A stretch of 64,000 nt of DNA, from the IMG/VR virus record IMGVR_UViG_3300032242_001844; one strand, given 5' to 3'. The first letter of the stretch is position 1. Each line of letters starts with the position of its first letter. The translations under genes and the position numbers were made by a program. This document shows positions 48,846-59,240 of the stretch, piece after piece. Below the pieces are notes generated by a model that had not been told where the DNA came from, ran no database searches, and was given only the letters and a program-made list of their open reading frames with translations. Source of the stretch: a virus.

Positions 48846-50393
48846 GTGAGTTCACTATTAGGATCAATTTTAAATAGCTTATTGGGCGGCGGCGAAGTTC
48901 ATGATTATGGACACGCCGCCCAAGTTTTTCGTACAAACAATTTTGCTAGAAGCCCAAAATATAAATTTCTATTTCAAGTTAATTTTCTATTAGACCCAGA
49001 TGCTCCAGTGCAAATTGACCCTTCTGAATTAAGTTATCTGGTAAAGAGTGTTGATCTTCCAAAGTTTACAGTTGAATTAAAAGATTTAAATCAATACAAT
49101 CGCAAAACATTTGTACAAAGTCGTATAAAATACGAACCAATTACAATAAAATTTCATGATGATAATACGAACGGTTTGCGCCAACTTTGGCAAAATTATT
49201 ACAATTATTACTATGCTGATGGCGTATACACCTTAAATGATTATGTATACGATGATCGATATGGCAGAAACCAAGATCGCAGACATGCTGCATGGGGTTT
49301 AGATAATGGCAGCACTGTGCCGTTTTTTAGTGCAATCGAGATTTATAGTTTAGCTGGTGGGCAGAGTAATAAAATTACACTCATGAACCCAATAATCAGT
49401 AGCTTTAGTCATGATACACATGATTATAGTGAAAGCACTGGTATAATGGAGGCAACAATGCAAATTCATTATATGGGTGTTACATATGAAGATGGCTATG
49501 CAATGGGTGTTCCTGGAATTGGTGATCCTCAATACTATGATAATAACCCTAGTAATATTAGTGGTAACAATCTTGGATACTATGTTGACCCAGTTACAGG
49601 AGAACTGGTTAAACAAACAGATATTTTTACAAACCCATACCAACAAAGACAAGCACAGCGTGGAAGTTTTGGATTTGTTGATCAAACAAACAATTATGAT
49701 CCAACTTCGTCTAACAACTTGACTGACCAAGAATTACAAAACATTGCGGACAACAATAATCAACAAGACACTTCTACTTTGAATACTGTATTTCCTGTTG
49801 CAAATTCTATTTCTCCAACTTATTCTAATAATTTGTATGACTACACTACCAATAGTGGAGCAATCGCTAATAGTAACGGTGAAACTATACCTACACCTCA
49901 ACAATATGATAGCTTGTATCCAGCAGGTAGTTACCAAGATATATTGTTCAGCAGAGGATATACTATTCCTCAAATAACATCTGCTAGTGGGTTTATAGAT
50001 TCATTGTCACCTACTACGATCACTTCATATTTTAAAAATACACTTAATTTAGTTCCTGCACAAGCGTTGGTAGCACAAAAATATATCGATGACCCTGCAA
50101 GTGTTAGCAATTTAGGAGCAGTAAATTTTGGGCAACCTGCTAGTGTTCCAAGCCAACTTGATTTTACTAATCCAGCTAGTCCAGTAAATCCTGCATATAA
50201 TAGTCAAACTTGGCAAAGTACCTTGGCTGCTGAAGGATATAGTAACAGTGATATAAATTTAGCATCAAGTCAAATAAATCGTTTGAATGTTGCTCCAGGA
50301 ACAGATTTAGCATCTATTGCAAGAAACTATATTGCATATAGCAAAAACAACAATAAGAACAATAGGGTTATCGGTGCGGGGTTGCCGTTCTAA
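48846..50393 (+). CDS. Tail tube-like baseplate/tube initiator protein
   Basis: Tube-fold N-terminal half (VKSVDLPK, NQYNRK, YEPITIKFHDD). Confidence 0.65.
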   Translation: MSSLLGSILNSLLGGGEVHDYGHAAQVFRTNNFARSPKYKFLFQVNFLLDPDAPVQIDPSELSYLVKSVDLPKFTVELKDLNQYNRKTFVQSRIKYEPITIKFHDDNTNGLRQLWQNYYNYYYADGVYTLNDYVYDDRYGRNQDRRHAAWGLDNGSTVPFFSAIEIYSLAGGQSNKITLMNPIISSFSHDTHDYSESTGIMEATMQIHYMGVTYEDGYAMGVPGIGDPQYYDNNPSNISGNNLGYYVDPVTGELVKQTDIFTNPYQQRQAQRGSFGFVDQTNNYDPTSSNNLTDQELQNIADNNNQQDTSTLNTVFPVANSISPTYSNNLYDYTTNSGAIANSNGETIPTPQQYDSLYPAGSYQDILFSRGYTIPQITSASGFIDSLSPTTITSYFKNTLNLVPAQALVAQKYIDDPASVSNLGAVNFGQPASVPSQLDFTNPASPVNPAYNSQTWQSTLAAEGYSNSDINLASSQINRLNVAPGTDLASIARNYIAYSKNNNKNNRVIGAGLPF

Positions 50394-50405
50394 CTAAATA
50401 ATTTT

Positions 50406-50765
50406 ATGGCAAATATTCCTACAGTTACAAATTCATCTAGTAGTAAATCTTTTTTTAATGGATACTTTACGCAGCCTGTGCAAATCAGTGATGCGGTGTG
50501 GGAGCAAGTATATGGTTATTTCTTAGAACTCACAAATGATTCCAACGCTGCAAAAACACTTGCACAAAGTATTATTGCATTAACCTATAACAATAACTTA
50601 AATCCACTAACTGTCTTGCAACAGTTTCAAGCATCGCCCAACAATAGTAATATTAAAAATTTACTCATTAGTTTTTTTAACAATGTAAAAGGTTCTACTA
50701 GCAAGCTTGGCTATAAAAACAACATAACTACAAGTGTTAATATCGCTAGAAATATTATTCAATGA
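50406..50765 (+). CDS. Hypothetical virion-module protein
   Basis: TAAATA-N5-ATG start; structural context. Confidence 0.6.
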   Translation: MANIPTVTNSSSSKSFFNGYFTQPVQISDAVWEQVYGYFLELTNDSNAAKTLAQSIIALTYNNNLNPLTVLQQFQASPNNSNIKNLLISFFNNVKGSTSKLGYKNNITTSVNIARNIIQ

Positions 50766-51208
50766 GTATGAAGTTTTCTCAAGGTTTATTTGAACCTAAG
50801 AACCCAGAAAAATATGCTGGTAAAGGTAGTATTCGTTATCGCAGCAGTTGGGAACTTAAGTTTATGAATTTCTTAGACGAAAACCCTGCAATCAAACATT
50901 GGGCTAGCGAAAGTATTTCTATTCCATATATAAATCCAATAGTCAACAAAACAAAAAGTTACATACCAGATTTTTTTATTATTTACGAAGATGCGCAAGG
51001 TAATAAGAAAGCAGAAATAGTAGAAATTAAACCACACAAAGAAACTACATTAGAAAATGCTGGTCGCAGTCAAAGATCACAAATACAGGCAGTAGTAAAC
51101 CAAGCAAAGTGGAAGGCAGCAGTTGATTTTTGTGGTCGGCAAGGAATAGCATTTAGAGTCATTACCGAACATGACATGTTTGCTGGAACAAAGAAGAAAA
51201 AACGATAA
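50762..51208 (+). CDS. Head completion protein (T4 gp4-like PD-(D/E)xK nuclease)
   Basis: PKNPEKY, YRSSWE, WASE, YIPDF, EIKP, NQAKW.AA. Confidence 0.9.
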   Translation: MSMKFSQGLFEPKNPEKYAGKGSIRYRSSWELKFMNFLDENPAIKHWASESISIPYINPIVNKTKSYIPDFFIIYEDAQGNKKAEIVEIKPHKETTLENAGRSQRSQIQAVVNQAKWKAAVDFCGRQGIAFRVITEHDMFAGTKKKKR

Positions 51209-51216
51209 ATTAATAT

Positions 51217-51642
51217 ATGACAAAGAAACTTGAAGAATTATTTGACTTACCATCAGCGCCTAGCAAAGAGGTAGCAGAAGCCTTGGAAAATGCTCATCAG
51301 CTTGAGTCTTCTATTCCGCAACAACCAGATGATGCGCTTGATAAAGACCTTGATCAACTTGCCGACCAAGCAGTAGAAAGTTTTGAAAATTTGCAAAGTC
51401 TTGGTATGAATGTAGAAGCTCGTTTTGCAGCACCAATATTTGAAGCAAGTGCAAAGATGCTTGCTACTGCTGTTACTGCTAAGCTTGGAAAAGTTCAGAA
51501 GAAGTTAAAGCAAACTGAACTGTTATTAAAAATAGAAAAAATGCAATATGACCGTCGAGAAAATGATGGCACTGTTAATGTAGAGGCACAGGTTTTTGAC
51601 CGCAATGAATTGTTATCTACATTTAGAAATAAAGATAAATAA
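51217..51642 (+). CDS. Putative terminase small subunit
   Basis: Helical 141-aa protein with C-terminal DRNELL; call rests mainly on context. Confidence 0.4.
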   Translation: MTKKLEELFDLPSAPSKEVAEALENAHQLESSIPQQPDDALDKDLDQLADQAVESFENLQSLGMNVEARFAAPIFEASAKMLATAVTAKLGKVQKKLKQTELLLKIEKMQYDRRENDGTVNVEAQVFDRNELLSTFRNKDK

Positions 51643-51700
51643 TAGTGTAGGTCACGGGTTGCCGCCCCACCTACTCTATGTTATGAAGGAACACAGCGCA

Positions 51701-52333
51701 ATGGTATTTACCAGCACTAATCCGCCAATCGGATATTATGTATATGCTTATATAAGAGCAAGTGACTTAACACCTTATTATATTGGTAAGGGAACAGGAA
51801 AAAGAGTTTATGCTAGACATAATGGCATATCTGTTCCAAAAGATCAGTCTAAAATTATTATACTTGAACACAATTTAACTGAAATAGGTGCATTAGCAAT
51901 AGAACGCCGCTTAATTCGTTGGTACGGTAGAAAAGATATTGAAACTGGTATATTATTAAATAAAACTGATGGCGGAGAAGGCGCAAGCGGTGGAAAGTTT
52001 AATGTAGGAAGAAAACATTCAGCAGAAACAAAAGCAAAGATTAGTGCGGCACATAAAGGAAAACTATCGTGGCACAAAGATAGAAAAAAATCACAAGAGT
52101 TTTGTGAAAAATTAAAAAAAGCAAATATTGGTAAGAAACATTCACCTGAAACATTAGAAAAGTTATCTGCTGCAAAACAAGGTGAAAAACACAATATGTA
52201 TGGTACTAAACAATCTGCTGAAACAATTGCAAAAAAAGTAACGACTAGAAAACAAAACGCAAAACCTTTATCAGATGAATCAAGAGCAAGAATATCTGCG
52301 GCACAAAAAGCACGATTTAATAAAAACTTTTAG
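51701..52333 (+). mobile_element. Free-standing GIY-YIG-like/NUMOD3 homing endonuclease
   Basis: YYVYAY...[15 protein letters not shown], and repeated KHSxETxxK(I/L)S. Confidence 0.85.
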
Positions 52334-52366
52334 AAAGCAATAAATACTTAATAAAAGGCATAGCCG

Positions 52367-54114
52367 ATGAAACAATTTAAAACCTACCTCGCTGAAAGCG
52401 AAAAGAAATATGGATTTCGGGCAAAGATTGCTGTAGAAATCAGTAAAGAACAGATGGAAAGTCTGCAGACTTCCTTGTCTCGGTGGAATCTAGAAGCAAT
52501 CAGTGAACCAAAGCGTTTGCCTATTGCAGAGGATCATACTGGATTTGCGCATCTTAAGAGCGTCCCTATCTATATTGTAGATATGGTTGTTACATATCCT
52601 TGTACGCCACAAGAAATGCAAGCAGCAATTCATGAAGCAACTGAGATTCCAATGAGTCATATCATGGTTCTTACTCCTCAACAAGAAGTCCTTGCTTCAC
52701 CAATCGTACCAGAAAGCGATGAGCCTATTCTTACTAGTGAATATCCAACACAGAAGGCACCACAATTACTTGCTGACTTAGCAAATGCATTAAAGATTAA
52801 ATCAATTGATTATCCTTATGCAGTAAAACCAACCGTGGGGCAGACTACAAATGATATTCCACAGTACAATACAAGTCCAGTTGGCACAAATAAAAACAAA
52901 CTACCAGACCGTGGAAGAACGGGGAGATAATTAAGATGCAGATGATTGATGTATTAACAAAATTAAGAGAGATTCAAGATCGCAGCCCTGAAGATGCTGG
53001 TCGTGCAATTGATAACCTAACTAAGCTAAACCCATCTCCCGTTTCTGAAGCGGTAAATGTCAGCATGACTGGCGACGATGCGGTTCTTGCACAGATTATT
53101 AAGCTTGCTGGTATTATTGGTGCACAGACAGATATCAATATGGCAGGTGGACCAGAGGACATTCCTCATGACCATGCAATGGTTCCAAGTTCTCCTTCTA
53201 TGGGTTTACCAAGTGTTGGTGCTAACTTACCAAGCATTGATGGTGGTCCAGAAATGGATGTTGATATGAGCATGGATAGTGAGATTCCTCGTGGTCTAAA
53301 CAGTAGTCCAGCAGATATGTCAATGGGTGGTCCAAAAGCAGCAATTGAAGATGATGCAAATCGCCCATATACAAATAGTCCAAGTGAATATACTAAAGGA
53401 TTGAAAGCAGCAATTCCAGCAGGAAATGATTTAGCAAAAACTAAAGGAACTTATCCAAAGATTGCTGGTGGCGATAATCCTACTCATGTAGCAGTAAGTT
53501 TTGATTAAGGATTGACAATGCGTTTCATAGATTATGTAAATCAAGTAGATAGAGCCATGAAAGCACCAGTCACTGGTGATGTCGTAAACATTGAAATCGA
53601 CAGTGTTACAAGTGTTTTGGCAACAGTAGTTGAACATAGTGATAAGCATATAACAATTTCATTGGACAATCCTGCATGGAATCTATTAGATTGCAACAAA
53701 TTACTCAGTGAAGGTGTTCGTCAACAGATGGCTGAGTTTGTCCTTACATTTGAAAAAAACGGACAAAAAATTAATAAAAGATTTATGCATCAGCCACCAA
53801 TGGAAGCTGCTGGAATTACACAAGACTTTGTTCGTAATATTGCAAAGAGTAACAAAATTCACGAAACAATGAAAGAACAAGGTTATAAATTGCGTCATGC
53901 AGTTGCTAGTTTAGTTGAGACAGACCAACTTCCAGAAAGCGATGTGTCGGTAATTGCTCGTAACCCAAGTGCTACTGAAGCACGAGTTACTTTTGAATGT
54001 GTATTTGAAAAAACTGACGCAAATCGTAATAGAATGTTCTTAGAAACAGTAGATTGCAGCACCAAGACCGATACTGCACAATACTGGAGTCTCCCTGTAA
54101 AAACAAGAGGCTAA
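52367..54114 (+). CDS. Three putative head-associated proteins (52367-52930, 52936-53508, ca.53518-54114)
   Basis: MKQFKTYLAE-type N-termini; structural context. Confidence 0.6.
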
Positions 54115-54118
54115 GCAC

Positions 54119-54849
54119 ATGCGAGCCAGCGAGTTTATAAGTGAAGCAAAAAAATCAAAAGCACATCCAGATCATGTATCCACTATGCCAAGAAGTATGG
54201 TGTATCCTGATATGGACCCAGGCTATGACTATTATCGCTTTATGAATATCGTTGCCGCTCATCCGCATCACACTGCTTCACACGATCACCACCATTTTAG
54301 AGACCATCCGTTTGCAAGTGCGTATACTGACCAAGAAGTAGATATGCTGAATAACAGCATTAAAGGTCTTGGTCACAAAGTAAAATGGCTCACTAAAACA
54401 AAAGGAACAGAACCGCAATCTACAAACAAAGCAAGTCCCGTTCCACATAATAGCGGTGCAAGGAAGAAAAAATGAGAGCCAGTGAGTTTGTAAACGAAGC
54501 AGCAGATTATGCGGGAAGCAAGGGAATGTCACAACAGGCTCTTACAACTATTCCTAATGCGCATGTATATCCTGAATTAGATAATAGTAGCGGCTATATG
54601 GCTTATCGTTTTGGTGTTGCATTGGCTGGCATGCCAGATAAAAAAATGAATAAGGCAAGTCCCACTGGTCTTAAAATGGTAACTATTAGTTATACTCCAG
54701 CAGAAGAAGAAATTCTCAATGCTACTGCAGCATATTTTGGAACACCAAAATTGCAGCTAACTCCAGAAGAAAGCAGTGAACCTGATTATGTAAATCCAAA
54801 AAGTCCAGTTCCTCAAAATAGTGGTAAAGCAATAAAAAGAAATGGATAA
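54119..54849 (+). CDS. Two MRASEF-family paralogs (54119-54475, 54472-54849)
   Basis: MRASEF(I/V)xE, YxxYRF, C-terminal SPVP.NSG. Confidence 0.7.
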
Positions 54850-55039
54850 CTTAGAACAGATTAAACTTCTTGCTGGCGTTACTAAGCATAAGTTCAATGA
54901 GAACGAAGGCAGCAATATTAGTTTAACTGGTATGGAAAAGCGTAAGCTAGAAAAAGAACATAATATCCAACCTGGCACACCAGAGTGGTTTCAACTATGG
55001 TTTAGCCGTCCTTATTTGACGGGCGAAAAACCAGTTTGA
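54842..55039 (+). CDS. Small conserved hypothetical protein
   Basis: IQPGTPEWFQLWF motif. Confidence 0.65.
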   Translation: MDNLEQIKLLAGVTKHKFNENEGSNISLTGMEKRKLEKEHNIQPGTPEWFQLWFSRPYLTGEKPV

Positions 55040-56100
55040 CGACTCTTTATCGCGGCGATCAAATAATAAGATTATTTACAGACGATATAGATATGGCGCA
55101 TCGTTATGTTCCAGAAGAATACGAATTTATACCATATTGGGAAAAACCATATTATTCTAATCATTTTAAAGTTGGGATTATTGGCGGTGATAAATTAAGA
55201 AATCCACGAGAAGAAGCGCAGAGACTTATTGATTTAAAGAGGTACTTTGATATTATGTTCATAGAAACCTTTGAAGTACACAGTTACCATGAAAGGTTAT
55301 TCAAAATAATATGTGATGTCCCAAACATATATTATATGATGCCAGGAAAAACAAATTATAATATGGAATCTCGTTCTATTAATAATAATTGGTTTATTTC
55401 TACGGTTACAAAAATTTATAAACAATTGCCATTTAAATTAGATGAATTAACTCCATATATAGAAAAACCTTATTATTTTGATGCACTTCTTGGAATTCAG
55501 AAACATCATAGGAATTTTGTTTACAATAATATAATGAGTTATAATAAAAAAAATAAATTTATAGTATCATACCGTAGTGAAGTAGGCAGTAGTTCTTGGT
55601 TAGATGATAACGACCCTAATATTGATTATTGTGGAGATAATTTTGTCGTTTCTAAGGATAGTGGATTATATTCAAAATATTACGGCATAGATGTGTGGGC
55701 CTCACAAATTATACCAATAACTGTATTCAACAATTCTGCGTATTCAATCATAGCTGAAACAAATTATTTTAACAATTTCAATTTTATAACTGAAAAAACT
55801 GCTAAACCTTTATTGGCAAAAAGATTATTTGTTGTTATTGCTGGACAATATTTTCTTAGAACATTAAAAGAATTTGGGTTTAAAACTTTTGATGGAATTA
55901 TAGATGAAAGTTATGATTTAGAACCAACGAAAGGAAAAAGATGGCAAATGGCTTGGGATCAAATAGATTGGTTATGTGAGCAAAATCAATTAGAGATATA
56001 TGATAAAATAAAAGATATTACAGAACATAATTTTAACATAATGATGAGCACTAACTTTGAATCAAAAGTATTTGAAGAAATGTTAAAACTTATTTCATAA
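55036..56100 (+). CDS. GT-B/GT10-like protein
   Basis: IIAET, ITEKTAKP, GFKTFDGIIDESYD. Confidence 0.6.
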   Translation: MTTLYRGDQIIRLFTDDIDMAHRYVPEEYEFIPYWEKPYYSNHFKVGIIGGDKLRNPREEAQRLIDLKRYFDIMFIETFEVHSYHERLFKIICDVPNIYYMMPGKTNYNMESRSINNNWFISTVTKIYKQLPFKLDELTPYIEKPYYFDALLGIQKHHRNFVYNNIMSYNKKNKFIVSYRSEVGSSSWLDDNDPNIDYCGDNFVVSKDSGLYSKYYGIDVWASQIIPITVFNNSAYSIIAETNYFNNFNFITEKTAKPLLAKRLFVVIAGQYFLRTLKEFGFKTFDGIIDESYDLEPTKGKRWQMAWDQIDWLCEQNQLEIYDKIKDITEHNFNIMMSTNFESKVFEEMLKLIS

Positions 56101-56108
56101 ATAATAGC

Positions 56109-56507
56109 ATGAGAGCATCTGAATTTATTTCCGAACAAACAGAATTATATGACAGAGAGTATGCGGCAGACCATAAACATTGGGAGCCGCGAGAAATTCC
56201 TGGTGCATATACTATCCCTGATGCTAGCGAAAATTTCTATAAGATGTACCGTTATGGTATTCTAATGGCTCGCTCTCCTGAACCACAACCAGATGCATAT
56301 GATGACCAAACTGAGATGGGCGATAAACTAATTATTGTGCCATACGATCAAGAATCTGGTAATGCAATTATTGCTGGCGCAAGTGCAGCAAGCGGACACG
56401 CAGCAGTAAAATCACACAGTTATACTAATAAAGCCGAAGGTAAATTTGTAAATCCTGTTAGTCCAGTTGCTAAGTTTGTACCGACCAAGCGACCTTCGCA
56501 ATCTTAA
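56109..56507 (+). CDS. Third MRASEF-family paralog
   Basis: MRASEFISE, YKMYRYG, VSPV. Confidence 0.7.
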   Translation: MRASEFISEQTELYDREYAADHKHWEPREIPGAYTIPDASENFYKMYRYGILMARSPEPQPDAYDDQTEMGDKLIIVPYDQESGNAIIAGASAASGHAAVKSHSYTNKAEGKFVNPVSPVAKFVPTKRPSQS

Positions 56508-57013
56508 CCAACATAATCTAACCAACTCTTATGCTTAATGTTATAATCAAACTGTTTGCGACGAGCAGTTAGTGTCCAGTAATCTGGTCTAAATGGTTCA
56601 CGAATTGGCTTAATTAACTTATTGCCTTTGTTGTGATTGCACTTCTTACATGATGTAGCACAGTTTTCCCAATTAGTTTTGCCACCTTTACTCAATGGAA
56701 TAACATGGTCAATATTGAGATCGTGTGGTTCAAATGTTTCAGCACAGTACTGACACTGAAACAAATCACGAATATACAGATTTTGGCGACTAAAACGAAT
56801 ACCCTTGCTAAAACTATGATAATCTTTGGTTATAGCAAGCGCAGGTACAAACATAGTCACAGAAGGACTATGAATTTCCCAATCATCGTAGTATTCAAGA
56901 ATCTTAATACGATCCATGAAATGTAGTTTAACGCTTTGCTGCCATGGGATTACGCTCAGCGGAAGCCATGAAAGTGGTTGATAGTTAGCGTTTAGAATCA
57001 GTGTGTCTGACAT
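56504..57013 (-). CDS. HNH endonuclease (McrA-like)
   Basis: RDLFQCQYC, DHVIP.SKGG...WEN, CKKCN..K. Confidence 0.9.
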   Translation of the reverse strand: MSDTLILNANYQPLSWLPLSVIPWQQSVKLHFMDRIKILEYYDDWEIHSPSVTMFVPALAITKDYHSFSKGIRFSRQNLYIRDLFQCQYCAETFEPHDLNIDHVIPLSKGGKTNWENCATSCKKCNHNKGNKLIKPIREPFRPDYWTLTARRKQFDYNIKHKSWLDYVG

Positions 57014-57067
57014 ATAACTTATTTACTTCTGGTTTATGACAATTTAATAATACTACACATACAAATT

Positions 57068-57658
57068 ATGTCAATAAGTATTTCAATGAAAATTCTAATC
57101 ATTGGTGATAGCTTTGCTGCAGATTGGACTGTCAAATATCCCGACTTACAAGGCTGGCCAAATTTGTTATCTAAAAAATATGATGTAACGAATCTAGCAC
57201 AAGCTGGAGTAAGTGAATATAAGATATACAAACAGCTATGCAGTGTGAATGTAATAGATTATGATTTGGCAATAGTAGCGCATACTAGTCCATATCGGCT
57301 AGTTACTAGAAAACATCCTATACATAACGATGATATTTTGCATGGTAACTGCGATTTAATTTATAGCGATATTGAACATCATAATTTAAAGTTAAAAAAT
57401 AAATCAAATTTATCGCTTCAAACTGCTTATTGGTTTTTTGCATATCACTATGATGAAGAATATCAAGAAACTACATATAAGCTATTTCGTGAAAAAATAG
57501 AATATCTTTTAACAATACCAATTATTACTATTACTGATTTTGATGACTGGAGCGATATAATTGACCGCTATCGCGGGAAATGCAACCATTTATCAGATGC
57601 AGGAAATAATATAATATATGAAAGAATAGTAAGTAAGATAGGAAAACTGGGAATATAA
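57068..57658 (+). CDS. SGNH-like protein
   Basis: IGDSF, NLAQAGVS, NHLS. Confidence 0.65.
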   Translation: MSISISMKILIIGDSFAADWTVKYPDLQGWPNLLSKKYDVTNLAQAGVSEYKIYKQLCSVNVIDYDLAIVAHTSPYRLVTRKHPIHNDDILHGNCDLIYSDIEHHNLKLKNKSNLSLQTAYWFFAYHYDEEYQETTYKLFREKIEYLLTIPIITITDFDDWSDIIDRYRGKCNHLSDAGNNIIYERIVSKIGKLGI

Positions 57659-59224
57659 ATGGCAAAGCCAATAGAAAATAATCTTATACGCAAGCCGCAT
57701 ATAAGAATGCAAATTACGCAGCAAGAATTAATAGAATTTAGTTTATGCGCAGACCCTGACACGGGACCAGAATATTTTATTAAGAATTTCTTTTACATTC
57801 AGCATCCTACCCGTGGAAGATTAAAACTTAATCCATTTGATTATCAAGAAGAACTACTAAAAAACTATCACGAAAACCGATTTAGTATCAACATGTTAGG
57901 TCGCCAAATGGGTAAATCCACACTAGCGGCGGGTTATCTGTTATGGTACGCTATGTTTGTTCCTGATAGTACTATTCTTGTGGCAAGCAACAAATATACT
58001 GGCGCACAAGATATTATGCAGCGTATCAGATTTGCTTATGAAAATTGCCCAGACCATATTCGTGCTGGAGTAGTTGACTATAATAAGGGTTCGCTTGGAT
58101 TTGATAATGGTTCACGCATAGTAAGTGCAACAACAACAGAAACTACAGGTCGTGGTATGAGTATTTCACTACTATACTGTGACGAGTTAGCATTTGTTCG
58201 TCCTACTATTGCAAAAGAATTCTGGACATCTATTAGTCCTACTCTATCAACTGGTGGTAAAGCAATCATCACTTCTACACCAAATAGTGATGAAGACCAA
58301 TTTGCTGAGATTTGGAAAGAAGCAAATAAACGATTTGATTCATTTGGCAATGAAACAAAGCTTGGACGCAATGGATTTAGTGCTTTCTTAGCAACATGGG
58401 ACCGTCATCCAGAGCGTGATCGTGATTGGGCAGACCGTGAAACATCTAGTGTTGGCGTAGATAGATTTCGCCGTGAACATAATTGTGAGTTTGTTATCTA
58501 TGATGAAACTCTTATTGCGCCAGGCATACTGGTAGACCTAAGTGGTATAGACCCAATCGAAAAACAAGGACAAGTTCGTTGGTATGAAAAACCAAAGCGC
58601 GATCATGTGTATATTATATCACTTGATCCAAGTCTTGGTACAGGTGGAGACCCTGCTGCTATTCAGGTATTTGATGCTACCACAATGGAACAAGTTGCAG
58701 AATGGCAGCATAATCTTACTATCATACAAAAACAAGTGCTTATCATGGCAGAAATATGCAAATATATAAGAGATACTACAAATGACTCTGGTAATATCTA
58801 TTATAGCATAGAAAATAATACTATTGGCGAAGCTGCACTCAACGCAGTAGCAGACATAGGTGAAGAAAATATACCAGGAAGCTTTCTAACAGAACCTTCT
58901 GGTGCTAGCAGTGGTCGTAGATATCGTAAAGGATTTAACACCACGCCAAAGAGTAAAATTGCTGCTTGTAGTAAATTTAAACTTTGGTTAGAAACAGGAA
59001 AACTTAAACTTCGTAGCAAAAGTTTAATAAGTGAATTGAAAACATATGTAGCACATGGTGTTAGCTATCAAGCTAAAGTTGGAGAAACTGACGATTTGGT
59101 TTCTGCTACCTTATTGGCAATAAGAATGATACTGCATCTTCGTGTGTACGACTCTAGAATAAGCAGCGGATTGGCAATGGATGCAGCAGACATCATTCCT
59201 CCAATGCCATTTGTAATGCTATAA
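57659..59224 (+). CDS. Terminase large subunit (T4 gp17-like)
   Basis: GRQMGKS Walker A, LYCDE Walker B, TSTPN, SLDPS.G.GGD, ENN, TDD. Confidence 0.95.
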   Translation: MAKPIENNLIRKPHIRMQITQQELIEFSLCADPDTGPEYFIKNFFYIQHPTRGRLKLNPFDYQEELLKNYHENRFSINMLGRQMGKSTLAAGYLLWYAMFVPDSTILVASNKYTGAQDIMQRIRFAYENCPDHIRAGVVDYNKGSLGFDNGSRIVSATTTETTGRGMSISLLYCDELAFVRPTIAKEFWTSISPTLSTGGKAIITSTPNSDEDQFAEIWKEANKRFDSFGNETKLGRNGFSAFLATWDRHPERDRDWADRETSSVGVDRFRREHNCEFVIYDETLIAPGILVDLSGIDPIEKQGQVRWYEKPKRDHVYIISLDPSLGTGGDPAAIQVFDATTMEQVAEWQHNLTIIQKQVLIMAEICKYIRDTTNDSGNIYYSIENNTIGEAALNAVADIGEENIPGSFLTEPSGASSGRRYRKGFNTTPKSKIAACSKFKLWLETGKLKLRSKSLISELKTYVAHGVSYQAKVGETDDLVSATLLAIRMILHLRVYDSRISSGLAMDAADIIPPMPFVML

Positions 59225-59240
59225 TTGGATAAATAATTTC

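Noticed and set aside
51701-52333. Group I intron hosting the endonuclease
   Set aside because: Flanking genes are complete and there is no room for an intron core, so it is free-standing.
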